Of a DNA stretch of 64,000 nt, positions 1 to 10,371 are shown in pieces. The stretch lies in contig CAKVBV010000002.1 in assembly GCA_934725535.1 (NCBI GenBank), positions 7,575 to 71,574 of the forward strand, read 5' to 3'. The notes beneath the pieces are model-generated. The model was not told the origin of the DNA. It was given only the letters and a program-made list of their open reading frames with translations, and did not search any database. Within the stretch, counting starts at the first letter, position 1; every line of letters starts with the position of its first letter. This DNA comes from an uncultured Bacteroidales bacterium. GTDB taxonomy: Bacteria > Bacteroidota > Bacteroidia > Bacteroidales > Paludibacteraceae. The position numbers and the translations under genes are program-made.

Positions 1-103
1 CAACTATGCCAAACAGCATACACTTGGAAACTTTTTGCATTTTTGCAGTTTCCGAGTAGCAAAATAGTATAATCCGTCCAAAAAATAGGTGAAATTTACA
101 TAC

Positions 104-191
104 CATCCACTCGCTATCCACCCGCTAATCACATACTAATCACATACTAATCACATACTAATCACATACTAATAGCATACTCTTAACCCGA
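104..191 (+). repeat. Phased 11-bp tandem array (catccactcgc, tatccacccgc, taatcacatac x4, taatagcatac, tcttaacccga); copy 1 of the TAATCACATAC family
   Basis: Eight contiguous 11-nt units read directly. The tail tactcttaac (178-187) pairs with gttaagagta (203-212) as a 10-bp hairpin. Confidence 0.9.
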
Positions 192-267
192 TGGGACATC
201 GAGTTAAGAGTAGTAATAAGTAATGGTTAATAGTTAATATGCAATAAGGGGAACGGGAAGGGGATTA

Positions 268-1077
268 TTACACCGACTCGTGGTAGTGGTAGTCGTTGTA
301 GTCTTTGGATTTGGAGCGGTGGATACGCATATTGCGTTTGCGGAAAAGACGCGGGAAACGCTGTTGCAAAAGATGGCATTGGCGTTGCCACCAGCGTTTG
401 AAACTGCTGTCCTCCATCTCGGTTTTCTCAAAGCCCGAGTAGTGGCGATGCCGCCACCAGAGTATGAGCAGCCAGCCGAAAATCATGCCTCCCAAGTGCG
501 CGAAATGCGCCACATTGTCGCCCGGCAGCGGTGAGAAGCCCGCAAAAAGTTCGACCAAAGCATACAAAATAACAAGTACGCGCGCACGTATAGGCACGGG
601 AATGAACAGGATGAACATACGCACATCGGGGAAGAGCCATGCGAAAGCAAACAGGATGCCGAAGACGGCTCCCGAGGCACCAATGGTGACGACGCGGTTG
701 GCGAGTTGGCGGGCAACATCAAACTCGTAGGCACTGAGTGCGGGTTGGAGTTGGATAGCCCAGACCGCCTCCTGAATGAGTGCGGCACCCACACCCGTAA
801 CCAAGTAGTATATCAGGAAACGGCGGCTGCCCCACCGCTCCTCGATGGCGGGCGCGAACATGAGGACCGCGAACATATTGCAGAAGATGTGCGAGAAATT
901 GGCGTGCATAAAGATGTATGTCAGCGGCTGCCACAGGCGGAACTGCGTGGCGGTGACATAGTGCAAGCCGAAGATTTGCGAGAAATTGATGCCGTAGCGA
1001 GCGAAGACAGTATCCGCAAACCAGCACAGGAACGTGATGATAAGCAGGTTGCGGGTAACGGGAGGTAGGTTACGCAT
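268..1077 (-). CDS. Rhomboid family intramembrane serine protease
   Basis: ORF 268..1254 has a multi-TM rhomboid core with a GASGAVFG serine motif and an HLGGMIFG histidine motif. Start trimmed to the ATG at 1077 (MRNLPPV); the upstream 59 codons are low-complexity and run into the hup promoter. Confidence 0.85.
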   Translation of the reverse strand: MRNLPPVTRNLLIITFLCWFADTVFARYGINFSQIFGLHYVTATQFRLWQPLTYIFMHANFSHIFCNMFAVLMFAPAIEERWGSRRFLIYYLVTGVGAALIQEAVWAIQLQPALSAYEFDVARQLANRVVTIGASGAVFGILFAFAWLFPDVRMFILFIPVPIRARVLVILYALVELFAGFSPLPGDNVAHFAHLGGMIFGWLLILWWRHRHYSGFEKTEMEDSSFKRWWQRQCHLLQQRFPRLFRKRNMRIHRSKSKDYNDYHYHESV

Positions 1078-1241
1078 ATAGGGTTTGTTTAGTTGGTTTC
1101 CAAATGAATTATCGGGTACAAAAGTACGAAAAAAGCACAAGAGGTTGTACAAAAACCATGCAAGAGGTGAGGAAAATGACGGAAATGGCAGAAAAAACCG
1201 TATTTTTTTCGGTAAATGTTTGCGATATAAGAAAATAGTTG

Positions 1242-1249
1242 TAACTTTG
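1242..1249 (+). promoter_or_regulatory. Bacteroidetes -7 promoter motif TAACTTTG (TAnnTTTG) upstream of hup
   Basis: Exact TAnnTTTG match about 65 nt upstream of the hup ATG. Confidence 0.6.
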
Positions 1250-1313
1250 CGCACAAATCGTCAGGTATATCGGGCGATGGAATCAAACGTTTAATTATTA
1301 AATCATAGTTTTT

Positions 1314-1577
1314 ATGAATAAAGCTGAACTCGTGGCTGCTATTGCAGCTGAGGCACAAATGCCGAAAGCACAGGCTCAAAAGGCTCTGGACGCTACCATT
1401 AACGCTATTGCAGGCGCATTGAAGAAGGGTGAGAACGTACAAATGATTGGTTTCGGTACGTTTGCCGTTGTAGAGAAGGCTGCTCGCACCGGTATCAATC
1501 CTGCTACCAAACAGAAGATTGAGATTCCCGCAAAGAAGGCTGTTAAGTTCAAGGCAGGTGCCGGCTTGGCTCTCTAA
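1314..1577 (+). CDS. hup: HU family DNA-binding protein
   Basis: 87 aa. MNKAELVAAIA...GFGTF..ARTGINPATKQKIEIPAKK..KFKAG is a typical HU/IHF fold signature. Confidence 0.95.
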   Translation: MNKAELVAAIAAEAQMPKAQAQKALDATINAIAGALKKGENVQMIGFGTFAVVEKAARTGINPATKQKIEIPAKKAVKFKAGAGLAL

Positions 1578-1600
1578 TTAGCAGAAAGTGTGCATATTAA

Positions 1601-1630
1601 CGAGTTGCTCCGTGGGGGCAACTCGTTTTG
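1601..1630 (+). terminator. Intrinsic terminator after hup
   Basis: cgagttgc / gcaactcg 8-bp stem followed by TTTTG. Confidence 0.75.
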
Positions 1631-1666
1631 TGTGAGAAGAAAAGGGGGAGTCAGGCTTGGCTCTTT

Positions 1667-1775
1667 GACGACGCGAGCCGATAAGGAGTTCTACTCAAGC
1701 CACAGGCTTTCGTATCGCTGCGGCACTCAGTGCGCATAGGCGCACCTGCCTTACGCTTCACGTCCCCCAGCACGG
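1667..1775 (+). repeat. REP-like element, long form (degenerate copy)
   Basis: gacgacgcgagcc + gataaggagttctactcaag... ending cgtcccccagcacgg. Collinear with the elements at 19805 and 41701. Confidence 0.7.
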
Positions 1776-1868
1776 ATTGCAAAAGAAGGAGATTGCCGAA
1801 CCTTGTCGGGCAACCTTAATAAAAAAGAAAGGGGCGTACGTCAGATGCCCCGCTGAAAATTGACAACT

Positions 1869-2444
1869 ATGCTGAATATAATACTGTGTGGCGCTCCCGG
1901 CAGCGGAAAGGGAACGCAGTCGGATTTGATAGTAAAGAAATACGGTTTGCAACACCTCTCCACGGGCGATGTGCTGCGCGCCGAAATCAAGTCGGGCAGC
2001 CCGCTGGGCAAAGAGATAGAGGAGTTGATATCAAAAGGGAACCTGGTGCCCGACCACAAGATGATTCACCTGATAGAGCATTATCTGGACTCGCTGCCTG
2101 CTGATTGCAAGGGTGTTATCTTCGACGGATTCCCCCGTACAGTGGAGCAGGCGGAGGCGTTGGAGTTGCTGTTGGAACGCAGGAAGATGAATGCCGTGAT
2201 GCTCGACCTCTTCGTGGACGAAGACGAGATAATCAAGCGTCTGCTGAACCGCGGCAAGACCAGCGGTCGTGCCGATGACAACTACGAGACCATCAAGAAG
2301 CGGATTCAGATATTCCACGAGGTGACACAACCCGTGTGCGACTTCTATCTGCATCGCCATAACTACTTCTCTATCAACGGCAACCGCTCGATGGAGGATA
2401 CGTTCAACCAGATTGACACCATTCTGCAATTGGTACAGAAATAA
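1869..2444 (+). CDS. adk: Adenylate kinase
   Basis: [18 protein letters not shown]-loop, DGFPRT, GRADDN motifs. ATG at 1869; the ORF-track start at 1860 is TTG. Confidence 0.95.
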   Translation: MLNIILCGAPGSGKGTQSDLIVKKYGLQHLSTGDVLRAEIKSGSPLGKEIEELISKGNLVPDHKMIHLIEHYLDSLPADCKGVIFDGFPRTVEQAEALELLLERRKMNAVMLDLFVDEDEIIKRLLNRGKTSGRADDNYETIKKRIQIFHEVTQPVCDFYLHRHNYFSINGNRSMEDTFNQIDTILQLVQK

Positions 2445-3619
2445 TGCCGTCTTCCTCATTCATAGACTACGTCAAGATATACTGCCGCTCGGGCAAAGGC
2501 GGCGCGGGGTGTATGCACCTGCATCGCGCCAAGTACCTGCCGAAGGGTGGTCCCGACGGTGGTGACGGCGGACGCGGAGGGCATGTCATCCTGCGCGGCA
2601 ACCGCAACCTGTGGACGCTGCTGCACCTCAAGTATCAGAAGCACATCATGGCTACTGACGGCGGCAAGGGGGGCGACTCGCGCTCGTTTGGCAAGAACGG
2701 CGAGGACAAAGTGGTAGAGGTGCCCTGCGGAACGGTGGTGTACGACGGCGAGACAGGCGAATATATCTGCGAGGTGAAGGAGCACGGGCAGGAGGTGATT
2801 CTGCTCAAGGGCGGTCGCGGCGGATTAGGCAATTGGCACTTCCGCACTGCCACCAACCAGGCTCCGCGCTATGCGCAGCCGGGCGAACCTGCACAGGAGC
2901 GCACCGTGGTGCTGCAACTCAAGGTGCTGGCAGATGTCGGATTGGTGGGCTTTCCGAATGCGGGCAAGTCCACGTTGCTGGCGACGGTCAGTGCTGCCAA
3001 ACCCGAGATAGCCGACTATCCGTTTACGACGCTCACACCGCAGTTGGGCATCGTGTCGTACCGCGACAACCGGTCGTTTTGCATGGCGGACATACCCGGA
3101 ATCATAGAGGGTGCCGCCGAAGGCAAAGGCTTGGGACTGAGATTCTTGCGTCATATCGAGCGCAATGCGGTGCTGCTGTTTATGGTGCCCGTGACGAGCG
3201 AGGACATCCGCCACGAATATGAGGTGCTGTTGTCCGAATTGGAGAAGTACAACCCGCAGTTGCTCACCAAGGCGCGTGTGCTGGCTATCTCGAAATGCGA
3301 TGTGGCAGACCCCGAGTTGGACGTGCCTGCATTGGTGGAAGCCCTGCAAAACGAGTACGGCATCCCCGTGGTGGCTATCAGTTGCGTGCAGGGTATGGGC
3401 ATGACCGAACTCAAGGATATCCTGTGGACGGAACTCAACAAAGAGCAGAATCAGGTGATTGAGATTTCGCACGCGCCGATTGATGTCAAAACGATTGACA
3501 AACAAGAAGATACAGATACAAACGACGAAGACGAGCCGCACACCATCTACCTCAACGAGGTGGACGAAGAGTGGGACTTGGACAAATACAGAGGCATCGG
3601 TTGGGACACCCAAGACTGA
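2444..3619 (+). CDS. obg: GTPase Obg/CgtA
   Basis: Gly-rich Obg N-domain (GGxGGxGG), G1 [10 protein letters not shown]3 DIPG. The start overlaps the adk stop (TAATG). Acidic C-terminal tail. Confidence 0.95.
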   Translation: MPSSSFIDYVKIYCRSGKGGAGCMHLHRAKYLPKGGPDGGDGGRGGHVILRGNRNLWTLLHLKYQKHIMATDGGKGGDSRSFGKNGEDKVVEVPCGTVVYDGETGEYICEVKEHGQEVILLKGGRGGLGNWHFRTATNQAPRYAQPGEPAQERTVVLQLKVLADVGLVGFPNAGKSTLLATVSAAKPEIADYPFTTLTPQLGIVSYRDNRSFCMADIPGIIEGAAEGKGLGLRFLRHIERNAVLLFMVPVTSEDIRHEYEVLLSELEKYNPQLLTKARVLAISKCDVADPELDVPALVEALQNEYGIPVVAISCVQGMGMTELKDILWTELNKEQNQVIEISHAPIDVKTIDKQEDTDTNDEDEPHTIYLNEVDEEWDLDKYRGIGWDTQD

Positions 3620-5379
3620 CATACGACAGTTTCATCGCGTGGCGTGAGCAGCATATCTCACAAAAGAACCTTGTATTGCTGCTCAGTTTTTTTGTGGGGG
3701 CGTTGTCCTCATGCGCTGCGCAGTTGCTCAAACTGCTGATACATTGGATTCAGCGGTTTGTGGAGTTGCAGTTGGTGTCGCACCACCATTTCTGGTACTT
3801 CATCTGCCCGATGATAGGTATCACGCTGGCGGGGCTGTTCGTCAAATACGTGGTCAAAGACGACATCTCGCACGGTATCACCAAGATACTATACGCCATC
3901 TCGCAGCGCAAATCCATCATCAAAGCCCACAATATGTGGACATCCATCGTGGGTTCGGCACTTACTATCGGCTTCGGTGGTTCGGTGGGTGCCGAGGCAC
4001 CTATCGTGCTCACAGGCTCGGCTATAGGCAGCAACCTCGCCAAACTCTTCCGTCTTGACCAGAAGACGATGATGCTGATGATTGGTTGCGGTGCGGCAGG
4101 TGCCATAGGCGGTATCTTCCAAGCCCCGATAGCGGGATTAGTCTTCACCCTCGAGGTGCTGATGATGGACCTCACCATGACCTCGGTGGCACCGTTGCTA
4201 ATATCCTCAGTAACAGCCACTACCATATCCATGATGGCATCGGGGCAGACGGCGATTTTCCCCTTGCTGACCAGCGAACCGTTCTCTCTGGAGCGAATAC
4301 CGCTGTACCTTGTCTTGGGCGTGATGTGCGGACTCGTATCCCTGTATTTCACGCGCGGCATGAACTACCTGGAACGCCTGTTCCGCCACAAGGTGCAGAA
4401 GACGTGGGCTAAGTTCCTCGTCGGCGGTCTGGTGCTGGGTCTGCTGGTCTTTCTCTTTCCGCCGCTCTATGGTGAAGGCTACGATGTCATCCGCCAGTTG
4501 CTCAACGGAGACTCGGTTTCCGCTATCGAAAACAGTCCTTTCGCCGCTTTAGGAACGGGTTCGTGGGTGCTGATAGGCTATTTCGCGCTTATCCTCCTGC
4601 TCAAAATCATCGCCTCCGTGGCTACCAACGGCGGCGGTGGTGTGGGCGGTATCTTTGCGCCTTCGCTGTTTATGGGTGCTGTTACGGGCTTTATCTGCGC
4701 ACGCCTGTTCAACCTCATCGGCTTCGCCATACCGGAGTCCAACTTCGCCTTGGCGGGTATGTCGGGACTGATGTCGGGTGTCATGCACGCGCCTCTCACG
4801 GGCATCTTCCTTATTGCCGAACTCACGGGCGGTTATCACCTGTTTATGCCCCTTATGGTGGTATCGGTCATCTCCTACCTGACCATCAAGATGTTCGAGC
4901 CCCACAGCCTCTATGCCATGCGTCTCGCGCAGAAAGGCGAACTGCTCACCCACAACAAAGACCGCAGCGTCCTCACCCTGCTCAAGATGGACAATGTCCT
5001 TGAGACCGACCTCACCACGCTCTATCCCGAGATGACCCTCGGCGAACTCGTCAAGGTTATCGCCGAGAGCCACCGCAATATCTTCCCCGTCATCGACCAT
5101 AACGGGCGTTTCCTTGGCATCCTGCTGCTTGACGAGGTGCGCAACATCATGTTCCAACCCCGTCTGTACAAACGTTTCACGGTGGGGCAACTGATGAACT
5201 CGCCGCAGGCGATTCTCACCCACGATATGCCTATGGAGAAGGTGATGGAGGTCTTCGAAGACACGGGTGCATGGAATCTGCCCGTCGTGGACGAACAAAA
5301 ACGCTATTTGGGCTTTGTCTCCAAGTCCAAGATATTCAACTCCTACCGCCACGTCCTCGTGCATTTCTCCGAGGAGTAA
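3571..5379 (+). CDS. ClC family chloride channel with C-terminal CBS pair
   Basis: [15 protein letters not shown] and further ClC motifs, with two CBS-like segments at the C-terminus. Start uncertain: GTG at 3571, or more likely TTG at 3601, just before the conserved F-I-A-W-R-E-Q-H-I segment. Either start overlaps the obg 3' end. Confidence 0.85.
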   Translation: MGLGQIQRHRLGHPRLTYDSFIAWREQHISQKNLVLLLSFFVGALSSCAAQLLKLLIHWIQRFVELQLVSHHHFWYFICPMIGITLAGLFVKYVVKDDISHGITKILYAISQRKSIIKAHNMWTSIVGSALTIGFGGSVGAEAPIVLTGSAIGSNLAKLFRLDQKTMMLMIGCGAAGAIGGIFQAPIAGLVFTLEVLMMDLTMTSVAPLLISSVTATTISMMASGQTAIFPLLTSEPFSLERIPLYLVLGVMCGLVSLYFTRGMNYLERLFRHKVQKTWAKFLVGGLVLGLLVFLFPPLYGEGYDVIRQLLNGDSVSAIENSPFAALGTGSWVLIGYFALILLLKIIASVATNGGGGVGGIFAPSLFMGAVTGFICARLFNLIGFAIPESNFALAGMSGLMSGVMHAPLTGIFLIAELTGGYHLFMPLMVVSVISYLTIKMFEPHSLYAMRLAQKGELLTHNKDRSVLTLLKMDNVLETDLTTLYPEMTLGELVKVIAESHRNIFPVIDHNGRFLGILLLDEVRNIMFQPRLYKRFTVGQLMNSPQAILTHDMPMEKVMEVFEDTGAWNLPVVDEQKRYLGFVSKSKIFNSYRHVLVHFSEE

Positions 5380-5393
5380 CTCACAGATGACAA

Positions 5394-5419
5394 CTGCCCG
5401 ACAACAAGTTGTCAGGCAG
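5394..5419. terminator. Shared hairpin between the convergent ClC and uvrB genes
   Basis: ctgcccgacaac aa gttgtcaggcag, a near-perfect 12-bp stem. Confidence 0.55.
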
Positions 5420-5470
5420 TCTCATTGCTTTGTCGGGAAACGGCGCGGCTCATGTCGTTATCCTCATTAT

Positions 5471-7486
5471 TCACTCCATCGCCTGCAATTTGTCCTCCAT
5501 CTGCAATAGTTCGTCGCGGAGGCGGGCGGCGGTGGTGAAGTCCAGTTCTTTGGCTGCGGCAAGCATGGCACGGCGTTGCTGCTCGGCTGCCTTTTGCAGT
5601 TGTTTCTTGGTGAATTGCTGCCACGGAGCAGTCTTCCAACTGTCGCGTATCTTGCTCTCCAACTGCTGTTTCTCCTGTTCTTCGTGGCGCATCATGGCAG
5701 TGAGCGGACTGGTCTCTATCGCCTTTTTGATGGCGGTAGGCGTGATATGGTGCTCCTCGTTGTACGCCATCTGCTTGGCACGGCGGCGGTTGGTCTCGTT
5801 AATAGTCATCTGCATCGACTGTGTGATTTTGTCGCCGTACATGATTACCTTGCCGTTCACGTTGCGGGCGGCACGTCCTGCCGTCTGCGTGAGTGAGCGG
5901 TGGTCACGTAGAAAGCCCTCTTTGTCGGCGTCAAGGATAGCGACAAGGCTCACCTCGGGCAGGTCGAGCCCCTCGCGAAGGAGGTTGACACCCACCAGCA
6001 CATCGTACAGCCCTTTGCGGAGGTCTTCCATGATTTGAACGCGCTCCAACGTATCCACGTCCGAGTGGATATAAGCAGAGCGCACGCCGTATTTGCGCAG
6101 GTAATCGTCCAGTTCCTCCGCCATACGCTTGGTGAGCGTGGTGATAAGTATGCGCTCCTCCCGCTCCACGCGCACACGTATCTCCTCCATGAGGTCGTCC
6201 ACCTGATGAAGGCTCGGACGCACTTCTATTTCGGGGTCGAGAAGACCGGTGGGACGTATGAGTTGGTCGATGACAATGCCGTTGGAACGCTCCAATTCGT
6301 ACTCCGCAGGGGTGGCGGAGACATAGATAGTCTGACCTGTTTTGCGTTGGAACTCGTCGAAAGTGAGCGGTCGGTTGTCGCGGGCAGCGGGCAGACGGAA
6401 ACCGAAATTCACAAGGTTGTCTTTGCGTGCCTTGTCACCACCGTACATAGCGTGTATCTGGGGCACCGTGACATGGCTCTCGTCAATCACGAGAAGCATG
6501 TCCTTCGGGAAGTAGTCCAGCAGGCAATAGGGCGGCGTACCCGGCTCACGCCCGTCGAAGTACCGGCTGTAGTTCTCCACGCCGGAGCAGTAGCCCAGTT
6601 CCTGAATCATCTCGATGTCGTAGTTCACACGCTCCTCAATGCGCTTGGCATAGAGCGGCTCGCCTATCTCTTGGAAATGCAGTACCTGATTGGCAAGGTC
6701 CAGTTTGATTTGCGCTATCGCCGCCGCCTGCTTGTCGGGGTTGGTGCAGAAGATAGTGGCAGGGTAGATATTGTAGGTGCCGAACTCCTCAATCGTCTCA
6801 AGGGTGACAGGGTCAAGGGTGGAGATACTGTCCACCTCGTTGCCGAAGAACTCGATACGCAACAGGTAGTCGGCATACGCCAGCGCGATGTCCACCGTGT
6901 CGCCCTTCACGCGGAAGCGTCCGCGGTTGAGGTCGATGTCGTTGCGCACATACTGTGCATTCACCAGTTGGCACAGCAGGTCATCCATACGAATCGTCTG
7001 CCCGCGCGTGACGGTGCTGCACGACTGACTGAAGTCCTGCGGGTTGCCGATGCCGTACAGACAACTGACCGACGAGATGACCACCACATCCTTCCGCCCG
7101 CTCAGCAGGGCGGCGATGGCACTCAGACGCAAACGGTCAATCTCCTCGTTGATACTGAGGTCCTTTTCGATATAGGTATCGGTGCTCGGGATATACGCCT
7201 CGGGCTGGTAGTAGTCGTAGTAGGACACGAAGTACTCCACCGCGTTGTGCGGGAAGAACTGCCGCATCTCGCTGTATAGTTGGGCAGCGAGTGTCTTGTT
7301 GTGGCTGAGGATGAGAGTCGGGCGGTTGATTTGGGCAATCACATTGGCAACGGTAAAGGTCTTACCCGACCCCGTCACACCAAGCAGCGTCTGCGCCTCC
7401 GCCCCCGCACGCACGCCGTCCACCAACTGGCGGATGGCTTCGGGTTGGTCACCCGTAGGCTGATATGGCGAAGTCAGTTGAAACAT
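5471..7486 (-). CDS. uvrB: Excinuclease ABC subunit B
   Basis: 671 aa. GVTGSGKT Walker A, helicase motifs, and a C-terminal UVR domain ([17 protein letters not shown]). Confidence 0.97.
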   Translation of the reverse strand: MFQLTSPYQPTGDQPEAIRQLVDGVRAGAEAQTLLGVTGSGKTFTVANVIAQINRPTLILSHNKTLAAQLYSEMRQFFPHNAVEYFVSYYDYYQPEAYIPSTDTYIEKDLSINEEIDRLRLSAIAALLSGRKDVVVISSVSCLYGIGNPQDFSQSCSTVTRGQTIRMDDLLCQLVNAQYVRNDIDLNRGRFRVKGDTVDIALAYADYLLRIEFFGNEVDSISTLDPVTLETIEEFGTYNIYPATIFCTNPDKQAAAIAQIKLDLANQVLHFQEIGEPLYAKRIEERVNYDIEMIQELGYCSGVENYSRYFDGREPGTPPYCLLDYFPKDMLLVIDESHVTVPQIHAMYGGDKARKDNLVNFGFRLPAARDNRPLTFDEFQRKTGQTIYVSATPAEYELERSNGIVIDQLIRPTGLLDPEIEVRPSLHQVDDLMEEIRVRVEREERILITTLTKRMAEELDDYLRKYGVRSAYIHSDVDTLERVQIMEDLRKGLYDVLVGVNLLREGLDLPEVSLVAILDADKEGFLRDHRSLTQTAGRAARNVNGKVIMYGDKITQSMQMTINETNRRRAKQMAYNEEHHITPTAIKKAIETSPLTAMMRHEEQEKQQLESKIRDSWKTAPWQQFTKKQLQKAAEQQRRAMLAAAKELDFTTAARLRDELLQMEDKLQAME

Positions 7487-7489
7487 TCC

Positions 7490-8821
7490 CTAATCCTTTC
7501 TGAACAGAATACTGCTGTCGCCATAACTGAGGAAGCGGAAGTCGTGGGCAAGGGCGTAGTCGTAGATGGTGTGCCAATCGCCACCGACAAAGGCACTGAC
7601 TAATAAGAGCAACGTGGATTTGGGCTGATGGAAGTTGGTAATCAGTTGGTTGACAACGTGAAAAGTATAGCCGGGCTCTATCATGATTTGGGTTTCGGCG
7701 TGCAGGGTGTCCTGTCCTGTACACTCCAGATAATCCACTATCGCCTGCAATGCATCGTGTGTAGAAAGGGTATGTTCCCTCGTATAGGGCACAAACTGCG
7801 GCACATGCAACTCACCTTCCCTTACATGCCATTCTTCATTCTTAATTCTTAATTCTTCATTCTCCCCTATCATTTCCCCGATGAAATAGAGACTCTCGAG
7901 GGTGCGCATGCTGGTGGTGCCGACGGCTACGATGTGTTCCAAGTGATTGATTATATCCGCAATAGCCTGCCGCGGTACTGCTATAATCTCTGTGTGCATG
8001 GTATGCTCGTTGGCATCAGCGGTCTTCACGGGCTGGAATGTGCCTGCGCCTACGTGCAGCGTGAGTTCGGTGGTCTGTATGCCGCGGGCACGGAGGTCGT
8101 CCAGTACCTCATCGGTGAAGTGCAGCCCCGCTGTGGGAGCCGCCACCGAACCTTTGATACGCGAATAGACGGTCTGGTAAGTCGTCTTGTCACTCTCTTC
8201 CGTCGGGCGGTTGAGATAGGGCGGAATAGGCAGTTCACCCACTGCGTCAAGGATTTCGGCAAAAGAAACAGACCCTGCGCTCCCGACTCCCCCTACCCCC
8301 CTCAAAGATGGGGAATTCGTATCGGGTGTGCTCCATGTGAATGTGACTTCATACGTGTTGCCTGTTTGTTCGCCGCGCTCCGCATTCAAAACGATAGTCT
8401 CCCCCGTTCCGCGAAGGGTGGTACTAAGGTGCAAAGCCCCTGATTTCCATTTCTTTGCGTTGCCAATCATGCACTTCCACGTGCAACCGGTGGTGCTTCC
8501 CAACGATAATTGGTAGTCATGCGGGCGCATGGGCTCCAGACAGAACACCTCTATACGCGCACCCTGTGCGGGTGCGTGCGGGTCAGAGGTTGTGGGGGCG
8601 TCCTTGTGAAACACCAACCGCGCCTGAATGACACGGGTGTTGTTGTACACCAACAGCGACCCCGCAGGGATATAGTCCCCCACGTGATAGAACACGTCTT
8701 CGGACACCTGTCCGTCCTTGTAAACCAGCAACTTGCTATGGTCACGTTGCGCCAACGGATACTTGGCAATCCGCTCGTCGGGCAACGGGTAGTTATAGTC
8801 GTCAATCAGTATCTGTTTCAT
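7490..8821 (-). CDS. queA: S-adenosylmethionine:tRNA ribosyltransferase-isomerase (long form)
   Basis: N-terminal YPLPDERIAKYP, TAGLHFT, NFHQPKSTLLLLVSAF motifs. 443 aa, with extra segments (see findings). Confidence 0.9.
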   Translation of the reverse strand: MKQILIDDYNYPLPDERIAKYPLAQRDHSKLLVYKDGQVSEDVFYHVGDYIPAGSLLVYNNTRVIQARLVFHKDAPTTSDPHAPAQGARIEVFCLEPMRPHDYQLSLGSTTGCTWKCMIGNAKKWKSGALHLSTTLRGTGETIVLNAERGEQTGNTYEVTFTWSTPDTNSPSLRGVGGVGSAGSVSFAEILDAVGELPIPPYLNRPTEESDKTTYQTVYSRIKGSVAAPTAGLHFTDEVLDDLRARGIQTTELTLHVGAGTFQPVKTADANEHTMHTEIIAVPRQAIADIINHLEHIVAVGTTSMRTLESLYFIGEMIGENEELRIKNEEWHVREGELHVPQFVPYTREHTLSTHDALQAIVDYLECTGQDTLHAETQIMIEPGYTFHVVNQLITNFHQPKSTLLLLVSAFVGGDWHTIYDYALAHDFRFLSYGDSSILFRKD

Positions 8822-10185
8822 CGTTTGTCTGTCTTGTGGGGACGCGGAGCCCTGTGGTCCCGTGCGAATGGCTTGCGGTCGTTGGGCTTGCGTGCAAACG
8901 GTTTCTTGTCGCCCTCATCCCGTCTGCCACGGGGTTTGAAATCGCGCTTGTTCCTGTCCTGTTTGAAGTCTTTGCGCTTGTTTTCTTTGTCGGCAAAGCG
9001 CGGCTTGGTGTCTTTCGGGTGGTCTTTCTTCCACTCCTTGTGCTCACCCTGAAAGAGTTCGTACTGGTTGAACAGGCACTCCAACTCGCCGTTCATCAGG
9101 CGTATCCGCTTGCTCGGCTTCAAACCGATGCACTTCAGCGCGTCCTCGTTGCTCGATATTATCCATGCGGTCGCCCCGCTGAACTGGTGTTTGAGGGCGG
9201 TACCTATGTCCTGATACAGGCGTAGCACGTCTTTGTCCTGCGCAAGGCGTTCTCCGTAGGGGGGATTCATCATCACCAGTGCCCCGTTGGTGTCGCGGTC
9301 GGCAAGGCGCAACTCCTCCACACGTATCTGCCGCACCTCGATGTCATGCTGCAGACTCGCCGACTGGATATTCTTGAGTGCTGTCTGTACGGCGTAATAA
9401 CCTGCGTCAGAACCGTATATCTTGTGCGTGAATGGACGCTCACGACTATCATCGTTATAGATGTCTTCAAACAGGTCACGGTCGAAGTCCGCCCATTTCT
9501 CGAAGGCAAAGCCCTTGCGGTAGATACCCGGAGCAATGTTGCGGGCAATGAGGGCGGCCTCTATCAGCAGCGTGCCCGACCCGCACATGGGGTCGTAGAA
9601 ATCGCCCTGACCATGCCAGCCCGCCAGCAGAAGCATGCCTGCTGCCAGTGCCTCATTGATAGGTGCTTCCGTATTGGCAACGCGGTAGCCGCGCTTGTGC
9701 AGGCTCTCACCCGAACTGTCCAGCGAGATGGTCACCGTCTCGCCGGCAATATGCACGTTCAGACTGAGGTCGGGGTCTGTGAGTTTCACGCTCGGACGCT
9801 TCTGTTCGCGCTCCATCCAGTAGTCGGCGATGGCGTCTTTCACGCGGTAGGTGACGTATTGCGAATGGCGGAATGTGTCCGAATACACGGTGGCATCAAT
9901 GGCAAAACCCGTCTTGAGCGTCATATATTGGCTCCAATCTGTCTGCTTGGCGTGCTCATACACCGCGTCTGCATCTTTGGCGCGAAACGTAGCGATAGGC
10001 ACCAACACGCGCGATGCCGTGCGCAGACACATGTTGGCGGTGTACAACAGCCGCTTGTCGCCCGTGAATGACACCGCACGCCGCTCTATCTGCACATTGT
10101 TGGCACCCAATTCCACCAACTCTCCTGCCAGCACCTCTTCAAGTCCCTTGAAGGTCTTGGCAAGCATTTGAAACTCTTGATTCAT
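8818..10185 (-). CDS. THUMP domain class I SAM-dependent RNA methyltransferase (RlmL/K-like) with Lys/Arg-rich tail
   Basis: DPMCGSGTLLIEAAL and NPPYGERL motifs. Start trimmed to the ATG at 10185 (MNQEFQM). 4-nt overlap with the queA start. Confidence 0.85.
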   Translation of the reverse strand: MNQEFQMLAKTFKGLEEVLAGELVELGANNVQIERRAVSFTGDKRLLYTANMCLRTASRVLVPIATFRAKDADAVYEHAKQTDWSQYMTLKTGFAIDATVYSDTFRHSQYVTYRVKDAIADYWMEREQKRPSVKLTDPDLSLNVHIAGETVTISLDSSGESLHKRGYRVANTEAPINEALAAGMLLLAGWHGQGDFYDPMCGSGTLLIEAALIARNIAPGIYRKGFAFEKWADFDRDLFEDIYNDDSRERPFTHKIYGSDAGYYAVQTALKNIQSASLQHDIEVRQIRVEELRLADRDTNGALVMMNPPYGERLAQDKDVLRLYQDIGTALKHQFSGATAWIISSNEDALKCIGLKPSKRIRLMNGELECLFNQYELFQGEHKEWKKDHPKDTKPRFADKENKRKDFKQDRNKRDFKPRGRRDEGDKKPFARKPNDRKPFARDHRAPRPHKTDKR

Positions 10186-10204
10186 CCTTGTAGAAAATAA
10201 CGTA

Positions 10205-10212
10205 CAAAGGTA
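10205..10212 (-). promoter_or_regulatory. -7 promoter motif TACCTTTG for the methyltransferase-queA unit
   Basis: The reverse complement of caaaggta is an exact TAnnTTTG about 20 nt upstream of the ATG at 10185. Confidence 0.55.
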
Positions 10213-10325
10213 CTGCTTTTTTCGTATGTGGACAAATAAAATACAACAGCAGTGATGAGGTTCATCCTGTCCTGACACGATTGTTATGACATCACCATTG
10301 ACGGAAAACAATTTTTCTTCAATGC

Positions 10326-10371
10326 CGTTATCTCGAACTCACGTTATATTACACGTGAGTTCGAGATAACG
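10326..10371. repeat. Perfect 19-bp inverted repeat (8-nt loop) at the left edge of module A1
   Basis: cgttatctcgaactcacgt (10326-10344) and acgtgagttcgagataacg (10353-10371) are exact reverse complements. Only the right arm is present in A2. Confidence 0.9.

Noticed and set aside
104-191. Possible CRISPR array; the same question applies to 17773-17838, 39198-39263, 57597-57651 and 59563-59630.
   Set aside because: The units are 11 or 18 bp and directly abutting, with no unique spacers, and no cas genes are present. These are plain tandem repeats.
234-431. ORF with a poly-Thr run (TTTTTTTT) at the rhomboid 3' end.
   Set aside because: It is out of frame and overlaps the well-supported rhomboid ORF. 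It arises from the ggtagtggtagtcgttgtagtc low-complexity stretch.
6035-7279. Long antisense ORFs inside large genes. Examples: 6035..7279 (+) in uvrB, 52377..54017 (-) in the M16 peptidase, 43955..45337 (-) and 45544..46710 (-) in korAB, 37451..39046 (+), 60553..62028 (+) in susC, 55395..56654 (+) in GH97, 15000..15977 and 16377..17132 (+) in glgP, 9346..10071 (+), 27343..28353 (+), and 2825..3622 (-).
   Set aside because: Each lies fully opposite a gene with clear family motifs. Their translations are Arg/His/Val/Gly-rich low-complexity sequence without recognisable domains. They are typical shadow ORFs of GC-rich coding DNA.
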